A stretch of DNA of 64,000 nt from a virus (lineage: Duplodnaviria > Caudoviricetes): IMG/VR virus record IMGVR_UViG_3300020434_000055. The stretch is one strand, 5' to 3'. Position 1 is the first letter of the stretch; each line of letters opens with the position of its first letter. The notes below the pieces were generated by a model. The model saw only the letters and a list, made by a program, of their open reading frames with translations, made no database searches and was not told the DNA's origin. A program made the position numbers and the translations under genes. Shown in pieces: positions 38,211-48,005 of this stretch.

Positions 38211-38882
38211 TTAGTCATAGTCTATAAGCACCTCAAAGCCACAATCTCGTTTTAAATTTAACACTTCTTGCAAAGCAAATTGTTCAACTTGAAATGTTAT
38301 ACAAAAATCAGAAATTTTTTTAAAATCACTAATTAAACCATCTTTATTAAGCCTGTTTAATAAACAAGAAAAACTACGATCAAAAAGATATCTTAAATTA
38401 TATGGAGGATTTTCTACTTTACAAGTTACTACTGTAGGTTCTTGTAAATCAATTTTATTTAAAAGTTTTCTAATTACTAATTCATATCTATCTTTATATC
38501 CATAATTACTTGCAGTATGCAACCGACCTGCATCCATTTCATATAAAATATCATTAGCAACACAAGGATATGTTACCAATCTTTCTATATCAGTTAGGTA
38601 ACTCTGTTCAGATTCTAATGTTAAATGATAACGATCATCTATATCAGCATGAGCAGTATAACACTCTCCTGGTTTCATTACATTTATTCTTGCTTCTCCT
38701 ACGGGTCCTATATTATAAAATAATTCTCCAAGACTAGTACCATTATACACAGGAAGTAACTCCCATTCATCATAAAAGAAATCACCTTTTGGTTTAGTCA
38801 AAACGTTTTTACCAGGACCAAAATGTTTAACTAAATCAAATATTTCTTTAGAGGAATGTGTTATACCAGTCTTTTTAAGCAT
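38211..38882 (-). CDS. Asp/Asn beta-hydroxylase-like 2OG-Fe(II) oxygenase with C-terminal extension
   Basis: MKPGECYTAHADIDDRYHL...GRLHTASN...RYELVI. Confidence 0.7.
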   Translation of the reverse strand: MLKKTGITHSSKEIFDLVKHFGPGKNVLTKPKGDFFYDEWELLPVYNGTSLGELFYNIGPVGEARINVMKPGECYTAHADIDDRYHLTLESEQSYLTDIERLVTYPCVANDILYEMDAGRLHTASNYGYKDRYELVIRKLLNKIDLQEPTVVTCKVENPPYNLRYLFDRSFSCLLNRLNKDGLISDFKKISDFCITFQVEQFALQEVLNLKRDCGFEVLIDYD

Positions 38883-38938
38883 ACCAATATTTACCGTGAA
38901 AAATAATATGCATATTTAATTACGATAAGTATTAATTG

Positions 38939-39757
38939 ATGCCTATGAATAAACGAGTAAAAAAACTTTACGAAAACAGTACCTACAAAAACATAATTCA
39001 CAATGTTGCTGATGTATATTTTCCTTTGGATCCAAAATGGAAAAACATAGGAATAAGCCTTAGTGGTGGATGTGATAGTGCTTTATTGGCATATGTTATA
39101 TGCGACATAATTAAACAGAAAAAACTTTATACCAAAATACATATAATCTATAACGTTAGATTATGGAAAACACGTCCTTGGCAACAATATATTTTTAAAC
39201 AAGTGCTTTCTTGGTTTAAAGAAATGTTTAAAGATTTATGGTTTGTTGAACATACTAATTTTATTGCACCAGATTTAGAATGGGGCTCTAAAGGTCCAAA
39301 TATCATAGACGAATATGGCAAATTAAAAAGTGGTAATCAAATTGAATTAAGATCACACGCAGAATATATAGGTCACAAATATGAATTAGATGCTTGGTAT
39401 TGCGGACTTACTAAAAATCCTGAAACAGAATTTGATGAGCGACTCTTAGATAGAGATAGTACATTAACAAATGATACTATTGAAAATCTACATCGATTGA
39501 TAAAGCCACACATGAATGGCGTGGCTTGTCATCCTTTCACCTTCGTACAAAAAGACTGGATAGTATCTCAATATAAGAGATTAGGCATCATGAATCTATT
39601 CAATCTTACTAGAAGTTGCGAAGGTGATAAGGAAACTTATCCCGAAATATTTAAAGACTTGGATTATAAAACATATGTTCCAGGTAAAGATGTTCCTGTA
39701 TGTGGTAAATGTTTTTGGTGTAAAGAAAGACAATGGGGTATAGACAATAGTGACTGA
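38939..39757 (+). CDS. QueC-like PP-loop ATP pyrophosphatase
   Basis: SLSGGCDSALL PP-loop; TRSCEG...CGKCFWCKER zinc motif. Confidence 0.7.
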   Translation: MPMNKRVKKLYENSTYKNIIHNVADVYFPLDPKWKNIGISLSGGCDSALLAYVICDIIKQKKLYTKIHIIYNVRLWKTRPWQQYIFKQVLSWFKEMFKDLWFVEHTNFIAPDLEWGSKGPNIIDEYGKLKSGNQIELRSHAEYIGHKYELDAWYCGLTKNPETEFDERLLDRDSTLTNDTIENLHRLIKPHMNGVACHPFTFVQKDWIVSQYKRLGIMNLFNLTRSCEGDKETYPEIFKDLDYKTYVPGKDVPVCGKCFWCKERQWGIDNSD

Positions 39758-41168
39758 AAGTAATGAATATTGGTTAAATCCTAAAGATTCTAAATTAGGT
39801 AAGTGGCAAAGAGAAATAGAATCCGTTAGTGGTTCTTGTACTTTTTGTGTATTACCTTGGATCCATTTTGCTACTCGCCCTAATGGAGATATGCGTTTAT
39901 GTTGTAGTGCTAATGCCAGTGGAGCAGGTAAGGATCATAAAGTAGGTCTTGTTAAAAAAGAAGATGGCACACCAGCAAACTTTGGAAAAGATACACCAAT
40001 GAGTGCTTGGAATAATGAATATATGAAATCAGTTCGTAAAACTATGTTAGCAGGAAAAATTCCTGCTAGTTGTACTAAATGTTTTAACGAAGAAAAAATA
40101 GGAGTAGTTAGTAAACGTGTCTGGGAAACGGGTACGTGGCACAAAGACGGTATAGACATTCCAGAATTAATAAAGCAAACAACAGAAGACGGCATAGTAC
40201 CTGAAACTTTAAGATATTTAGATTTACGATTAGGTCATACTTGCAATATTAAATGTGTTATGTGTTCACCACATGATAGTTCAAGATGGGTAGCAGATTG
40301 GCAACAACTTATGCCACAACTAACAATACCTACTGTTAAAAAACAAATGTCTTGGGGTAAACAAGAATTTAACAACAAGTGGCACGAAAAAGATACATTT
40401 TGGGCAGAAATGAATAAGCAAATTCCTAATTTAAAACAAGTATACTTTGCTGGGGGCGAACCTTTAATGATTAAAGAGCATAAAACATTTATTGAAGAAA
40501 TTGTACGACAAGGATATCAAGATAAAATCTTATTACGATATAATTCAAATGGAATACTAGTAGACAAAGACTTAATTGAATTATGGAAAAAATTTAAAAA
40601 AGTTAAATTTGCAATTAGCATGGACGCTTGTCATGAACGAGATGAATATATACGTTTTCCAACTAACTGGGATACCGTAGAAAAGAATCTTCGTATGTTA
40701 GACGACACTCCCGACAATATACAAACAAGTTTAGCAACTGCTATACAAATTTTTAATGTAAAACACTTGCCAGACTTTATGAAATGGAAAGTAGAATCTA
40801 AATTTAAAAAACTTAATTTAGGAACTGTACCCGGTGGTACACAAATGGGAGGTGGATTAGTTAATATGCACTTGCTTTACATACCTACATTTTTAAGTAT
40901 TCAAATATTACCTAAAGAGGATAAACAAGAAGTTCGTGAACGTTATACAGAATTTAAAGAATGGTTATGGAAAAACTACAGACAAGATGATGAATATTGG
41001 AAACACAATCCTTATGGCTGGAAACGTTGGGAGGCTGTAATGGATCATATGGATGAAAAAGATAATAGTCATCTACTTCCAGGATTTAAAGAATACGTTA
41101 CTAAACTAGATCGTATAAGAAAATTATCTGCTAAATCCACTTTTCCTGAGTTATCACATCTTTTATAA
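39750..41168 (+). CDS. Radical SAM protein with N-terminal twitch/SPASM-like Cys motif
   Basis: CVLPW...NGDMRLCC...CTKC; GHTCNIKCVMC; GGEP; GTG start. Confidence 0.85.
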   Translation: MTESNEYWLNPKDSKLGKWQREIESVSGSCTFCVLPWIHFATRPNGDMRLCCSANASGAGKDHKVGLVKKEDGTPANFGKDTPMSAWNNEYMKSVRKTMLAGKIPASCTKCFNEEKIGVVSKRVWETGTWHKDGIDIPELIKQTTEDGIVPETLRYLDLRLGHTCNIKCVMCSPHDSSRWVADWQQLMPQLTIPTVKKQMSWGKQEFNNKWHEKDTFWAEMNKQIPNLKQVYFAGGEPLMIKEHKTFIEEIVRQGYQDKILLRYNSNGILVDKDLIELWKKFKKVKFAISMDACHERDEYIRFPTNWDTVEKNLRMLDDTPDNIQTSLATAIQIFNVKHLPDFMKWKVESKFKKLNLGTVPGGTQMGGGLVNMHLLYIPTFLSIQILPKEDKQEVRERYTEFKEWLWKNYRQDDEYWKHNPYGWKRWEAVMDHMDEKDNSHLLPGFKEYVTKLDRIRKLSAKSTFPELSHLL

Positions 41169-41832
41169 GATTAAAAACTTGTTTATCTCCTTCAGGCCCT
41201 AAATGATTAACTCTGAAGCCAACTAAATTTTGTAAAAATGGTAAATTTTCTTCACACCAGGCTCTTTTTGGATCTGTTCTACAACTAATATAATACAAAG
41301 GTTTTCTTATTTCTGTTCCGTGTTTCCAAGTGTACAAATAATTAATATCTTTTAATTCTGCTTTGTTCCAAGGTTCAACTTTAGTATCTCCAAAACTCCA
41401 TAAGTGTAAAATTTTTCCTTTCATTTTAGACAAGTATTCATGGTCTAACCAATAAGCAACAGCCTGAAAATTTAATCTTTCTTTATTCCATTCTACTAAT
41501 TCTTCATAAAACATTTGAGCGGCTTTATGTTTTTTACTAGAACCGTCATAGGCACTAACTGGATTTAAATCTCCTTTTGAATGATATGTTCTAAAAGGAT
41601 CGGTCCAAGCAAATATACAATAATCTAAATCTTTAAATTTGTGAAAGTTTTTTGTAAAATGTATAATAGCAGTCCAATAACTTGAACCACCTATACCTGT
41701 ATTCACAATTTCTGCATCTAATAAATCTGCTATTCGACCCATCCAATTGTCTTTAAGAGGATGAGCAATAAAACTGTCTCCGAAGAAACCTATCTTGTTT
41801 TTGGCACTTGAATGTCCGCTATACATACACAC
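41131..41832 (-). CDS. SGNH/GDSL-like protein
   Basis: FFGDSF, NTGIGGSS, VNHLGPEG; start uncertain. Confidence 0.55.
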   Translation of the reverse strand: MCMYSGHSSAKNKIGFFGDSFIAHPLKDNWMGRIADLLDAEIVNTGIGGSSYWTAIIHFTKNFHKFKDLDYCIFAWTDPFRTYHSKGDLNPVSAYDGSSKKHKAAQMFYEELVEWNKERLNFQAVAYWLDHEYLSKMKGKILHLWSFGDTKVEPWNKAELKDINYLYTWKHGTEIRKPLYYISCRTDPKRAWCEENLPFLQNLVGFRVNHLGPEGDKQVFNLIKDVITQEKWI

Positions 41833-42770
41833 CTTTCTTGATTACAAATAACTTCATTTGTTGGAAATTTAAATTCTTCATCATATTTTTTACCTGTAAA
41901 TCCTTCAGATAATACTCTACAACCTGCTCCTAAATACATTCGCTTATCAAAATTAATATAAATTCTGTTTATTCCTGCTTTACATTTATAGCCACGCCAG
42001 TCTACAATATCATTTGCTACTGCCCAATAAGGATCAAATTCTTCTAAAATATCTGACTTAATCATAACCATACTTCTATCAAATTTAGTATCTACTTTTT
42101 CATTAACTCTTTGTTGAGATCTAATCGTATGTTTAAATATTTGTTTTTGTTCATCTGTATACGGATATAAATCTCTTTCAGTTGCGTTGTCAGTTTGCCA
42201 AGCATGATGTAAAGGTTTAGCTTGTATTCCCCACTCAGTTCTTTTACTATTTTTTAATATGTCTATTATTTCCATACATTTAGACCAGTCATCTGGTTTT
42301 ATCATTACATGACAAATACTGTCTATGTTATTGTCTGTCAAAAAGTCACACACATCTCTGATGTGTTCCGCCTTACAAAATTCTGGATGAACACTAAAAT
42401 GTACTGCAAAAAAATTTTTATAATTGTCTTGCCACCATTCCATTTTTCTACTACCATTTGTAATAGGTATAATTAAATTATTATCATTTTTATTAATATA
42501 TTCACATAGTTGTGAAAAGTCTTTATAAAGAGTTGGTTCACCTCCTCCAAATTTCCAAATAAAATGTGTAATACCTAATTTAGTATAATGTTCATGTAAC
42601 TTATCTATAAATTTTTTACTAGCTTCTAAGTTAATCCAAGGAAACGAATTATCATGTAATACAGGCAAACAATAAGAACAATTATAATTGCACGTATTAC
42701 CTAGAGTCCATTCAATTTGTAAAACATTGTTTAATTCAGGAAATTTATAAGTTATTTTGTGTATTTTCAT
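41790..42770 (-). CDS. Radical SAM protein with C-terminal SPASM/twitch-like motif
   Basis: GNTCNYNCSYC, GGGEPT, TNG, CKAG...GAGC...CNQERCVC. Confidence 0.85.
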   Translation of the reverse strand: MKIHKITYKFPELNNVLQIEWTLGNTCNYNCSYCLPVLHDNSFPWINLEASKKFIDKLHEHYTKLGITHFIWKFGGGEPTLYKDFSQLCEYINKNDNNLIIPITNGSRKMEWWQDNYKNFFAVHFSVHPEFCKAEHIRDVCDFLTDNNIDSICHVMIKPDDWSKCMEIIDILKNSKRTEWGIQAKPLHHAWQTDNATERDLYPYTDEQKQIFKHTIRSQQRVNEKVDTKFDRSMVMIKSDILEEFDPYWAVANDIVDWRGYKCKAGINRIYINFDKRMYLGAGCRVLSEGFTGKKYDEEFKFPTNEVICNQERCVCIADIQVPKTR

Positions 42771-43662
42771 TTTTTATTTTTGTTAAATTTATATCCGCGG
42801 CGCAAGTACACCACTCTCTTGTACATACAATAGGATCTATAGGAAATTGAAACGTACCATTATAAATGTTACCTAAACTACCTCCTACTCTACAAGTTGC
42901 TCTATGCACATCACCGTCCCAATTAATCATTAAACTTTCTAAACCTGCATTACAAAGCCATCCTTTAAATTTATTAGTTTTTAAAATTAACATATCATTT
43001 ACATTACAAGTTTTGGTTTTATCTATTAAAGTATTGTGCGGTGGATTATGGTTTTGGATTTTCAAAAACTTTTTTTCTTCTTCATTATATCGATTCATAT
43101 CTTCAAAATCATCATGCTTTTTGGTCCAACGTATTGGACGTAAACTATACTTTATATTACCATTTAAAAGGCGTCTACAAGCGTCATGCACGTCGTTTAG
43201 TAAGCCGGGAAGCATCATTACGTGTACAAGAGCGTTCTTATTAACTGAGCTGTTAACTGCCCTTATAATAGTTTCCAAAACCTTTTTCCAGTCGTATTCA
43301 AAGTGCAAACTGAATACAATATGGTTAAGATAATTGTCCAAAATACTTTGATAATATTCGGCTGTTCTGGTCCCGTTGGTCGTTACATTTATCCATGTTA
43401 CTTTTGGTTTTGCGTATTCTAAAAGCTCTGTAAATTTTGGATGTACACAAGGCTCACCTCCTGTAAAACTTATTCTAGGTTTGTTCATTTTAGAAATAAT
43501 ATCTACAGTTTTTTTAAGGATTTCTATATCTGTATGTTCACTAAAATTATCATGTATCTCTGCAGGACAATAACTGCAATCATAGTTACATCTTTTACCT
43601 ATGTTCCATTCTATTTTGGTACTTTGCCGTACTTCTTCATATAAATGTTCTACTTTATACAT
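42745..43662 (-). CDS. Radical SAM protein with C-terminal SPASM/twitch-like motif
   Basis: KRCNYDCSYC, TGGEP, TTNG, CNAG...ATC...CTREWCTC. Start reset to MYKVEH at 43662. Confidence 0.85.
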   Translation of the reverse strand: MYKVEHLYEEVRQSTKIEWNIGKRCNYDCSYCPAEIHDNFSEHTDIEILKKTVDIISKMNKPRISFTGGEPCVHPKFTELLEYAKPKVTWINVTTNGTRTAEYYQSILDNYLNHIVFSLHFEYDWKKVLETIIRAVNSSVNKNALVHVMMLPGLLNDVHDACRRLLNGNIKYSLRPIRWTKKHDDFEDMNRYNEEEKKFLKIQNHNPPHNTLIDKTKTCNVNDMLILKTNKFKGWLCNAGLESLMINWDGDVHRATCRVGGSLGNIYNGTFQFPIDPIVCTREWCTCAADINLTKIKNENTQNNL

Positions 43663-44923
43663 ATGGAGCAAACTCCGGAATAATTTTTTCAAGCGGACCT
43701 TGATTTCTTGTTTTATCTAGTCTATGATTAAAATCTACACAATCTTTCCAATACTTGTTTAGATCTCTTGCTTTAAGAAAATTAATATTATCCTGAATTT
43801 GTTGTAATGTAATTTTTTCTAATATTGGATGTTCTTGAACTAATCTATATTGCTTAACTTTGTCCTTCATTAATTCTAATTTAGATATAACTTGATCTTT
43901 TAATTCTTTAGGTAATACTTGGGCACTTAAGGCTCTTGGATATTGTACTCTATGACTATAAAATACTATTTCTAACTTGTTTAAAAAGTAATCTATTACT
44001 TTGTCTATTTGCATTATATTATTAGACTGTACTGTAAATGCTCCTACTATTCTACTTACAGTAGGAATAGTTTTCATTATTCTAATATTATCTACAACAT
44101 CTTGAAATTTTCCATTGCTTCTAACATATTCATATACATCGTCTAAGCCATCTATACTAACATTAACAGCCACAGATTTAAATTTAGGCCAATAGTCTTT
44201 AATCCATCTTCCTTTTATTCCTAATACTGTACCATTTGTTGCATATTTTATTTCTATATTTTTTCCATTTTCACTAAGAAGATCTAAAATTTTATAATGC
44301 ATAGGATCCATTAATGGTTCTCCGCCAGCAAATTCTACTCTTTTAAAATGAGGTAATAGCTTTCTTAAACTATCCCAAAATTCTTTTTTATCATCAAATA
44401 ATCCTACATATGGAGCTTCTGTTAAACCTAAATCTTCTACTGCTTTAACAAGGTAATTGTCTTCCTTTTTATAATGTTCTACAATACTATTCCAATCTTT
44501 CCATTGCGTACTATCTAACGGATTGCACATACGACATTTTAAATTACATAAGTTATTAATTTTAATTTCAATAGTAGGTAATTCAAAAGGCATTGTCATA
44601 TCTGTAGTAAGACTTTTAAGTGCGTCAGGGTAAAGATTAACTCTTGATTCTGGCATATTATCTGCAATATGTCTTTGTCTTAAACTTTGTACTCCTTGGT
44701 CTTCTAGGTCAAAACACGGTTTACATACGTCAGGACGTTCATCGCTTAATACTTGACGTCTAACTTCACGCATATTTTCACCATTCCACGCTTCTTCTAA
44801 AGTTTCGTTTTTAATATTACCAATAGGAAGGCTTCTGCAACATACTTTAATTGCGCCATCTTCTCTAGTAGCAAGACCTGTAAAAGGGTGCATACAAAAC
44901 GTGCAACTTTTATTCTTTTTCAT
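43655..44923 (-). CDS. Radical SAM protein with N-terminal twitch/SPASM-like Cys motif
   Basis: FCMHPF...DGAIKVCC...CKPC; NLCNLKCRMC; AGGEPL. Confidence 0.85.
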   Translation of the reverse strand: MKKNKSCTFCMHPFTGLATREDGAIKVCCRSLPIGNIKNETLEEAWNGENMREVRRQVLSDERPDVCKPCFDLEDQGVQSLRQRHIADNMPESRVNLYPDALKSLTTDMTMPFELPTIEIKINNLCNLKCRMCNPLDSTQWKDWNSIVEHYKKEDNYLVKAVEDLGLTEAPYVGLFDDKKEFWDSLRKLLPHFKRVEFAGGEPLMDPMHYKILDLLSENGKNIEIKYATNGTVLGIKGRWIKDYWPKFKSVAVNVSIDGLDDVYEYVRSNGKFQDVVDNIRIMKTIPTVSRIVGAFTVQSNNIMQIDKVIDYFLNKLEIVFYSHRVQYPRALSAQVLPKELKDQVISKLELMKDKVKQYRLVQEHPILEKITLQQIQDNINFLKARDLNKYWKDCVDFNHRLDKTRNQGPLEKIIPEFAPYV

Positions 44924-44945
44924 AATATTAGTATTTAATGGGATT

Positions 44946-46325
44946 TTAAGTGTCTAAATCTTTCCAGTCATCTCCAAATCTCCACATAGGGGCTTTTAAT
45001 GAATCAAGGTCTACTTCATCAAATTTTTCTACAGGACCTGAGTACTGTTTATAATCTACAAAGCCTGACCAAGCATGAACTGAAACAATTAATTGTATTT
45101 TGGAATATTTTTCTTTTAATATACGTAAAAGTTTATTTTCTTTTTCTAATCTTTGTGTAACAGTCATAAAAGCTACTGTGGGCTCATAAGCAAAAATATT
45201 ACTAACATTAAAAATTGTATTTTCATCATTATTAACTTTTATATTAAACTCATTTAATAAATCACATTGAACAAAATCTATTTTTACTTCATCTTTTATA
45301 TTCCATAACTTGGAAATTTTACTAAATCTAGTAACAATTTCTTGTTTACTTTGAAACCAATCTGGTGCTTTTTTAATTAATTCTTCATCTTTGATTAATT
45401 CTTTTAAGAACTTATGATAGTCATGTCCTTTAAATTCATTAATTGTTTCTTTCATATACCACAATGCATTAGGATTATAATCATAAAATATAACTTCTGT
45501 ATTTTCATCATATCCATATTTGTCTAAATATAATAACCAATTAAATCCACTTGCAGGAACAATTAATTGTGTAATAGGTCCTTTTATTTTAACTTTTTGA
45601 AGTTTTTCTGTGTTAGTAGGATAATAAAGTCTATTCGCGGCAAAATTATATTTTTGATATATTTTTTCACTATTTTCTTGAAAGTCTGAATCGTATTCAG
45701 CATAATAACATTTTTTACCATCTCTAAATTTTTGATCAAATATAACTATATCCTCATCATTATCTAAAGCAATACTAATTATATTCCAACCATGACATTT
45801 ATCTTCATACTCTGTCATTTCATTACCAGGTTTAATCCAAATAGGTGTATGGTTATCATGATAATTTTCTTCACTTCTAATAGGTATTGCTTTTAAATGT
45901 TTTTCTTTTTCTTTTTCAGCACCTATTTCTGGATATTCATATTCGGCCCATTTTTTTAAATTAATAATATAACATTGATCATGAAGTTCGTAATAACTTC
46001 TTTTTCTATCTAATATATGTCCTGCTATAAAAAAATCTGTTTTAATTAATTCTTCGAGTTGTTCAAAAAATTGACTTCCTTCAAATTCTGTATCTGCTGT
46101 ATAAACTACTGCATGAGTATAATCTTTTTCACTTTGTTTTAAACCATTTTCTTCTGTTATTGCTGTTAACAAGTCATACCCATTACTATTAATATTCTGT
46201 ATTTGATAATCAGCAATATTTTTAATTAATTCTTTAGTCCACGCTCTTTGTATTTTGTACATATTGTCTATACAAATAAACACAACATCGGACGTTCTAT
46301 TCATAGCGTCAAATTTATATGCCAT
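44946..46325 (-). CDS. Hypothetical protein, possibly a two-domain enzyme
   Basis: 459 aa; C-terminal half has a weak methyltransferase-like pattern (PASG..., IFYDYN, VQCDLL). Confidence 0.5.
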   Translation of the reverse strand: MAYKFDAMNRTSDVVFICIDNMYKIQRAWTKELIKNIADYQIQNINSNGYDLLTAITEENGLKQSEKDYTHAVVYTADTEFEGSQFFEQLEELIKTDFFIAGHILDRKRSYYELHDQCYIINLKKWAEYEYPEIGAEKEKEKHLKAIPIRSEENYHDNHTPIWIKPGNEMTEYEDKCHGWNIISIALDNDEDIVIFDQKFRDGKKCYYAEYDSDFQENSEKIYQKYNFAANRLYYPTNTEKLQKVKIKGPITQLIVPASGFNWLLYLDKYGYDENTEVIFYDYNPNALWYMKETINEFKGHDYHKFLKELIKDEELIKKAPDWFQSKQEIVTRFSKISKLWNIKDEVKIDFVQCDLLNEFNIKVNNDENTIFNVSNIFAYEPTVAFMTVTQRLEKENKLLRILKEKYSKIQLIVSVHAWSGFVDYKQYSGPVEKFDEVDLDSLKAPMWRFGDDWKDLDT

Positions 46326-47032
46326 TAAAGAAAACCACCTTTCTTCGGTAGAGCTTTTGGATCTGTATTTCTAATATTACCATCGTCTATAGTCGTCTTG
46401 ACCATTTGACTATTAGGAGAATTACATCCTATAATCATATATCTTGTATATTTTTGTGTCTTCAATTCTACAGGTGGAAGAATTTCTTCTAAGTCTGTGG
46501 ATTCTGCAAATTCTGTCAAACTATTTTTACAATTTATATGACCTTTCCCTTCAGAAAAGTTATTACTTTGACATATTATTGTTTTGTTTTTAGGTAATAA
46601 TGTTATCCATTTATTAAAATCTTCTTGCGTCATATGTTCACACACTGTATTAATGATTATATCATAATCATTATAATTTTTAAAATTTAACATATCACAA
46701 GTTTCTGCTTTAAATCTTCCTTTTATTTCATATTCTTTATTCATTTCATAAGCTATTTTTTTACAATCTTCGTCTATATCAATGCTTAAAATCTTACTCA
46801 CAGATATTTCACTATTAAACAATAGTGTTGCCATTACACCATTCCAACCACCACATATAAGAACTTTAGCATCTATGATTCTTTGCATTTTATGAACTTC
46901 TTTAAGTCTTTCACATAACCAAACCTTACTTAATACTTGTCCCTTCCAAAAACTTTCTAATGTTTTATCTCTATCTTCGGATCCTCTTATAGTATCCATC
47001 CAGTATAATATGTCTTTAATATTGAGTTTCAA
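46325..47032 (-). CDS. Class I SAM-dependent methyltransferase
   Basis: VLICGGWNG motif I, SIDID, CDML, INTVCEHM. Confidence 0.75.
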   Translation of the reverse strand: MKLNIKDILYWMDTIRGSEDRDKTLESFWKGQVLSKVWLCERLKEVHKMQRIIDAKVLICGGWNGVMATLLFNSEISVSKILSIDIDEDCKKIAYEMNKEYEIKGRFKAETCDMLNFKNYNDYDIIINTVCEHMTQEDFNKWITLLPKNKTIICQSNNFSEGKGHINCKNSLTEFAESTDLEEILPPVELKTQKYTRYMIIGCNSPNSQMVKTTIDDGNIRNTDPKALPKKGGFL

Positions 47033-48005
47033 ATTGTTCTCCTAATCTATCAAATTTTCCACATTGTTTTGAACATTCCATTAAAGGTTTATCTGTCCAA
47101 GTATCTTCTATTTTTCTAAAAAATTGCGAATCAAATATTTCTTTTAAAGATTTGTTATGCAAATTAGTAAATTCTCCTATTTGATCCATATAATCTACCC
47201 TTGAGTCTTGTGTAGGCAATGTCCATTGCAAATCTAACCAACAACAAGGACTAACAGTACCATCTGCTGAAATATATATTTGACTATATTTTTTAGCTTT
47301 ACAATCTATGACGCAAGAAGTTATTTTTGCTTCTTGCATTTTAGCTATCATTTCAAAACTTTTTTTACTTGGCTCCAATATATGCGTTGTCTTTCCTGTT
47401 TCATCTATAGCGTGAAATTTATCACTTTTAAATCTTGATGTATGTTTATAACTAAAAGATTTAAAGCCCAATTCCTTACTCATTGTATGGCATTGTTCTA
47501 CTTGATGTTCATTATGTTTAAAAACTAACATATGCCATTTTGCATAACCCCCTGCTTTAATAAATGCTTTTGCATTTGTAATTATTTTTTTCCAGTCAGT
47601 AGAAACACGATATAGATGATGAGTGTCTGCCAAACCATCTATACCAAAAGTTGTTTTTACATTTTCTTTAGCCAATCCTTCCCACCAATTTATATCTCTA
47701 GCACTACCATTTGTATGCATAGCTAATCTAATTTTTGGATTAATACTTTTAATATATTGATAAATTTCTAATGTATCTTGAGCAATTATAGGATCTCCTA
47801 AATTACCACACATGAATAAACTTTCTAATTGAATCAAAAATTCTGTTGGAAACCATTTTTTAAATGTATCTAAATTAATTTCCACAAGATGTATTAATGG
47901 ATTTAGAGGACCTCCACCTATTCTTCTAGGACACATAGGACATCTAGCTTGACATTTGCTAGTAATTTCTAAATGCACATCTTTTATTTCTGAATAATTA
48001 TACAT
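47016..48005 (-). CDS. Radical SAM/SPASM protein
   Basis: SKCQARCPMC, GNLGDP, HTNG, C...ISADGTVSPCC...CSKQC. Confidence 0.85.
   Translation of the reverse strand: MYNYSEIKDVHLEITSKCQARCPMCPRRIGGGPLNPLIHLVEINLDTFKKWFPTEFLIQLESLFMCGNLGDPIIAQDTLEIYQYIKSINPKIRLAMHTNGSARDINWWEGLAKENVKTTFGIDGLADTHHLYRVSTDWKKIITNAKAFIKAGGYAKWHMLVFKHNEHQVEQCHTMSKELGFKSFSYKHTSRFKSDKFHAIDETGKTTHILEPSKKSFEMIAKMQEAKITSCVIDCKAKKYSQIYISADGTVSPCCWLDLQWTLPTQDSRVDYMDQIGEFTNLHNKSLKEIFDSQFFRKIEDTWTDKPLMECSKQCGKFDRLGEQFETQY

Noticed and set aside
41790-41832. Programmed -1 frameshift fusing the radical SAM gene to the SGNH-like ORF at CCAAAAAC
   Set aside because: Not a canonical X XXY YYZ slippery site, no downstream structure seen, and in-frame ATGs exist at 41832 and 41826.
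5513-43692. Longest-ORF starts at 5513, 12003, 13298, 16774, 19848, 20309, 34915 and 43692
   Set aside because: They overlap upstream genes. Downstream starts with an RBS or stop-start coupling fit better (5588, 12018, 13355, 16894, 19869, 20339, 34957, 43662).
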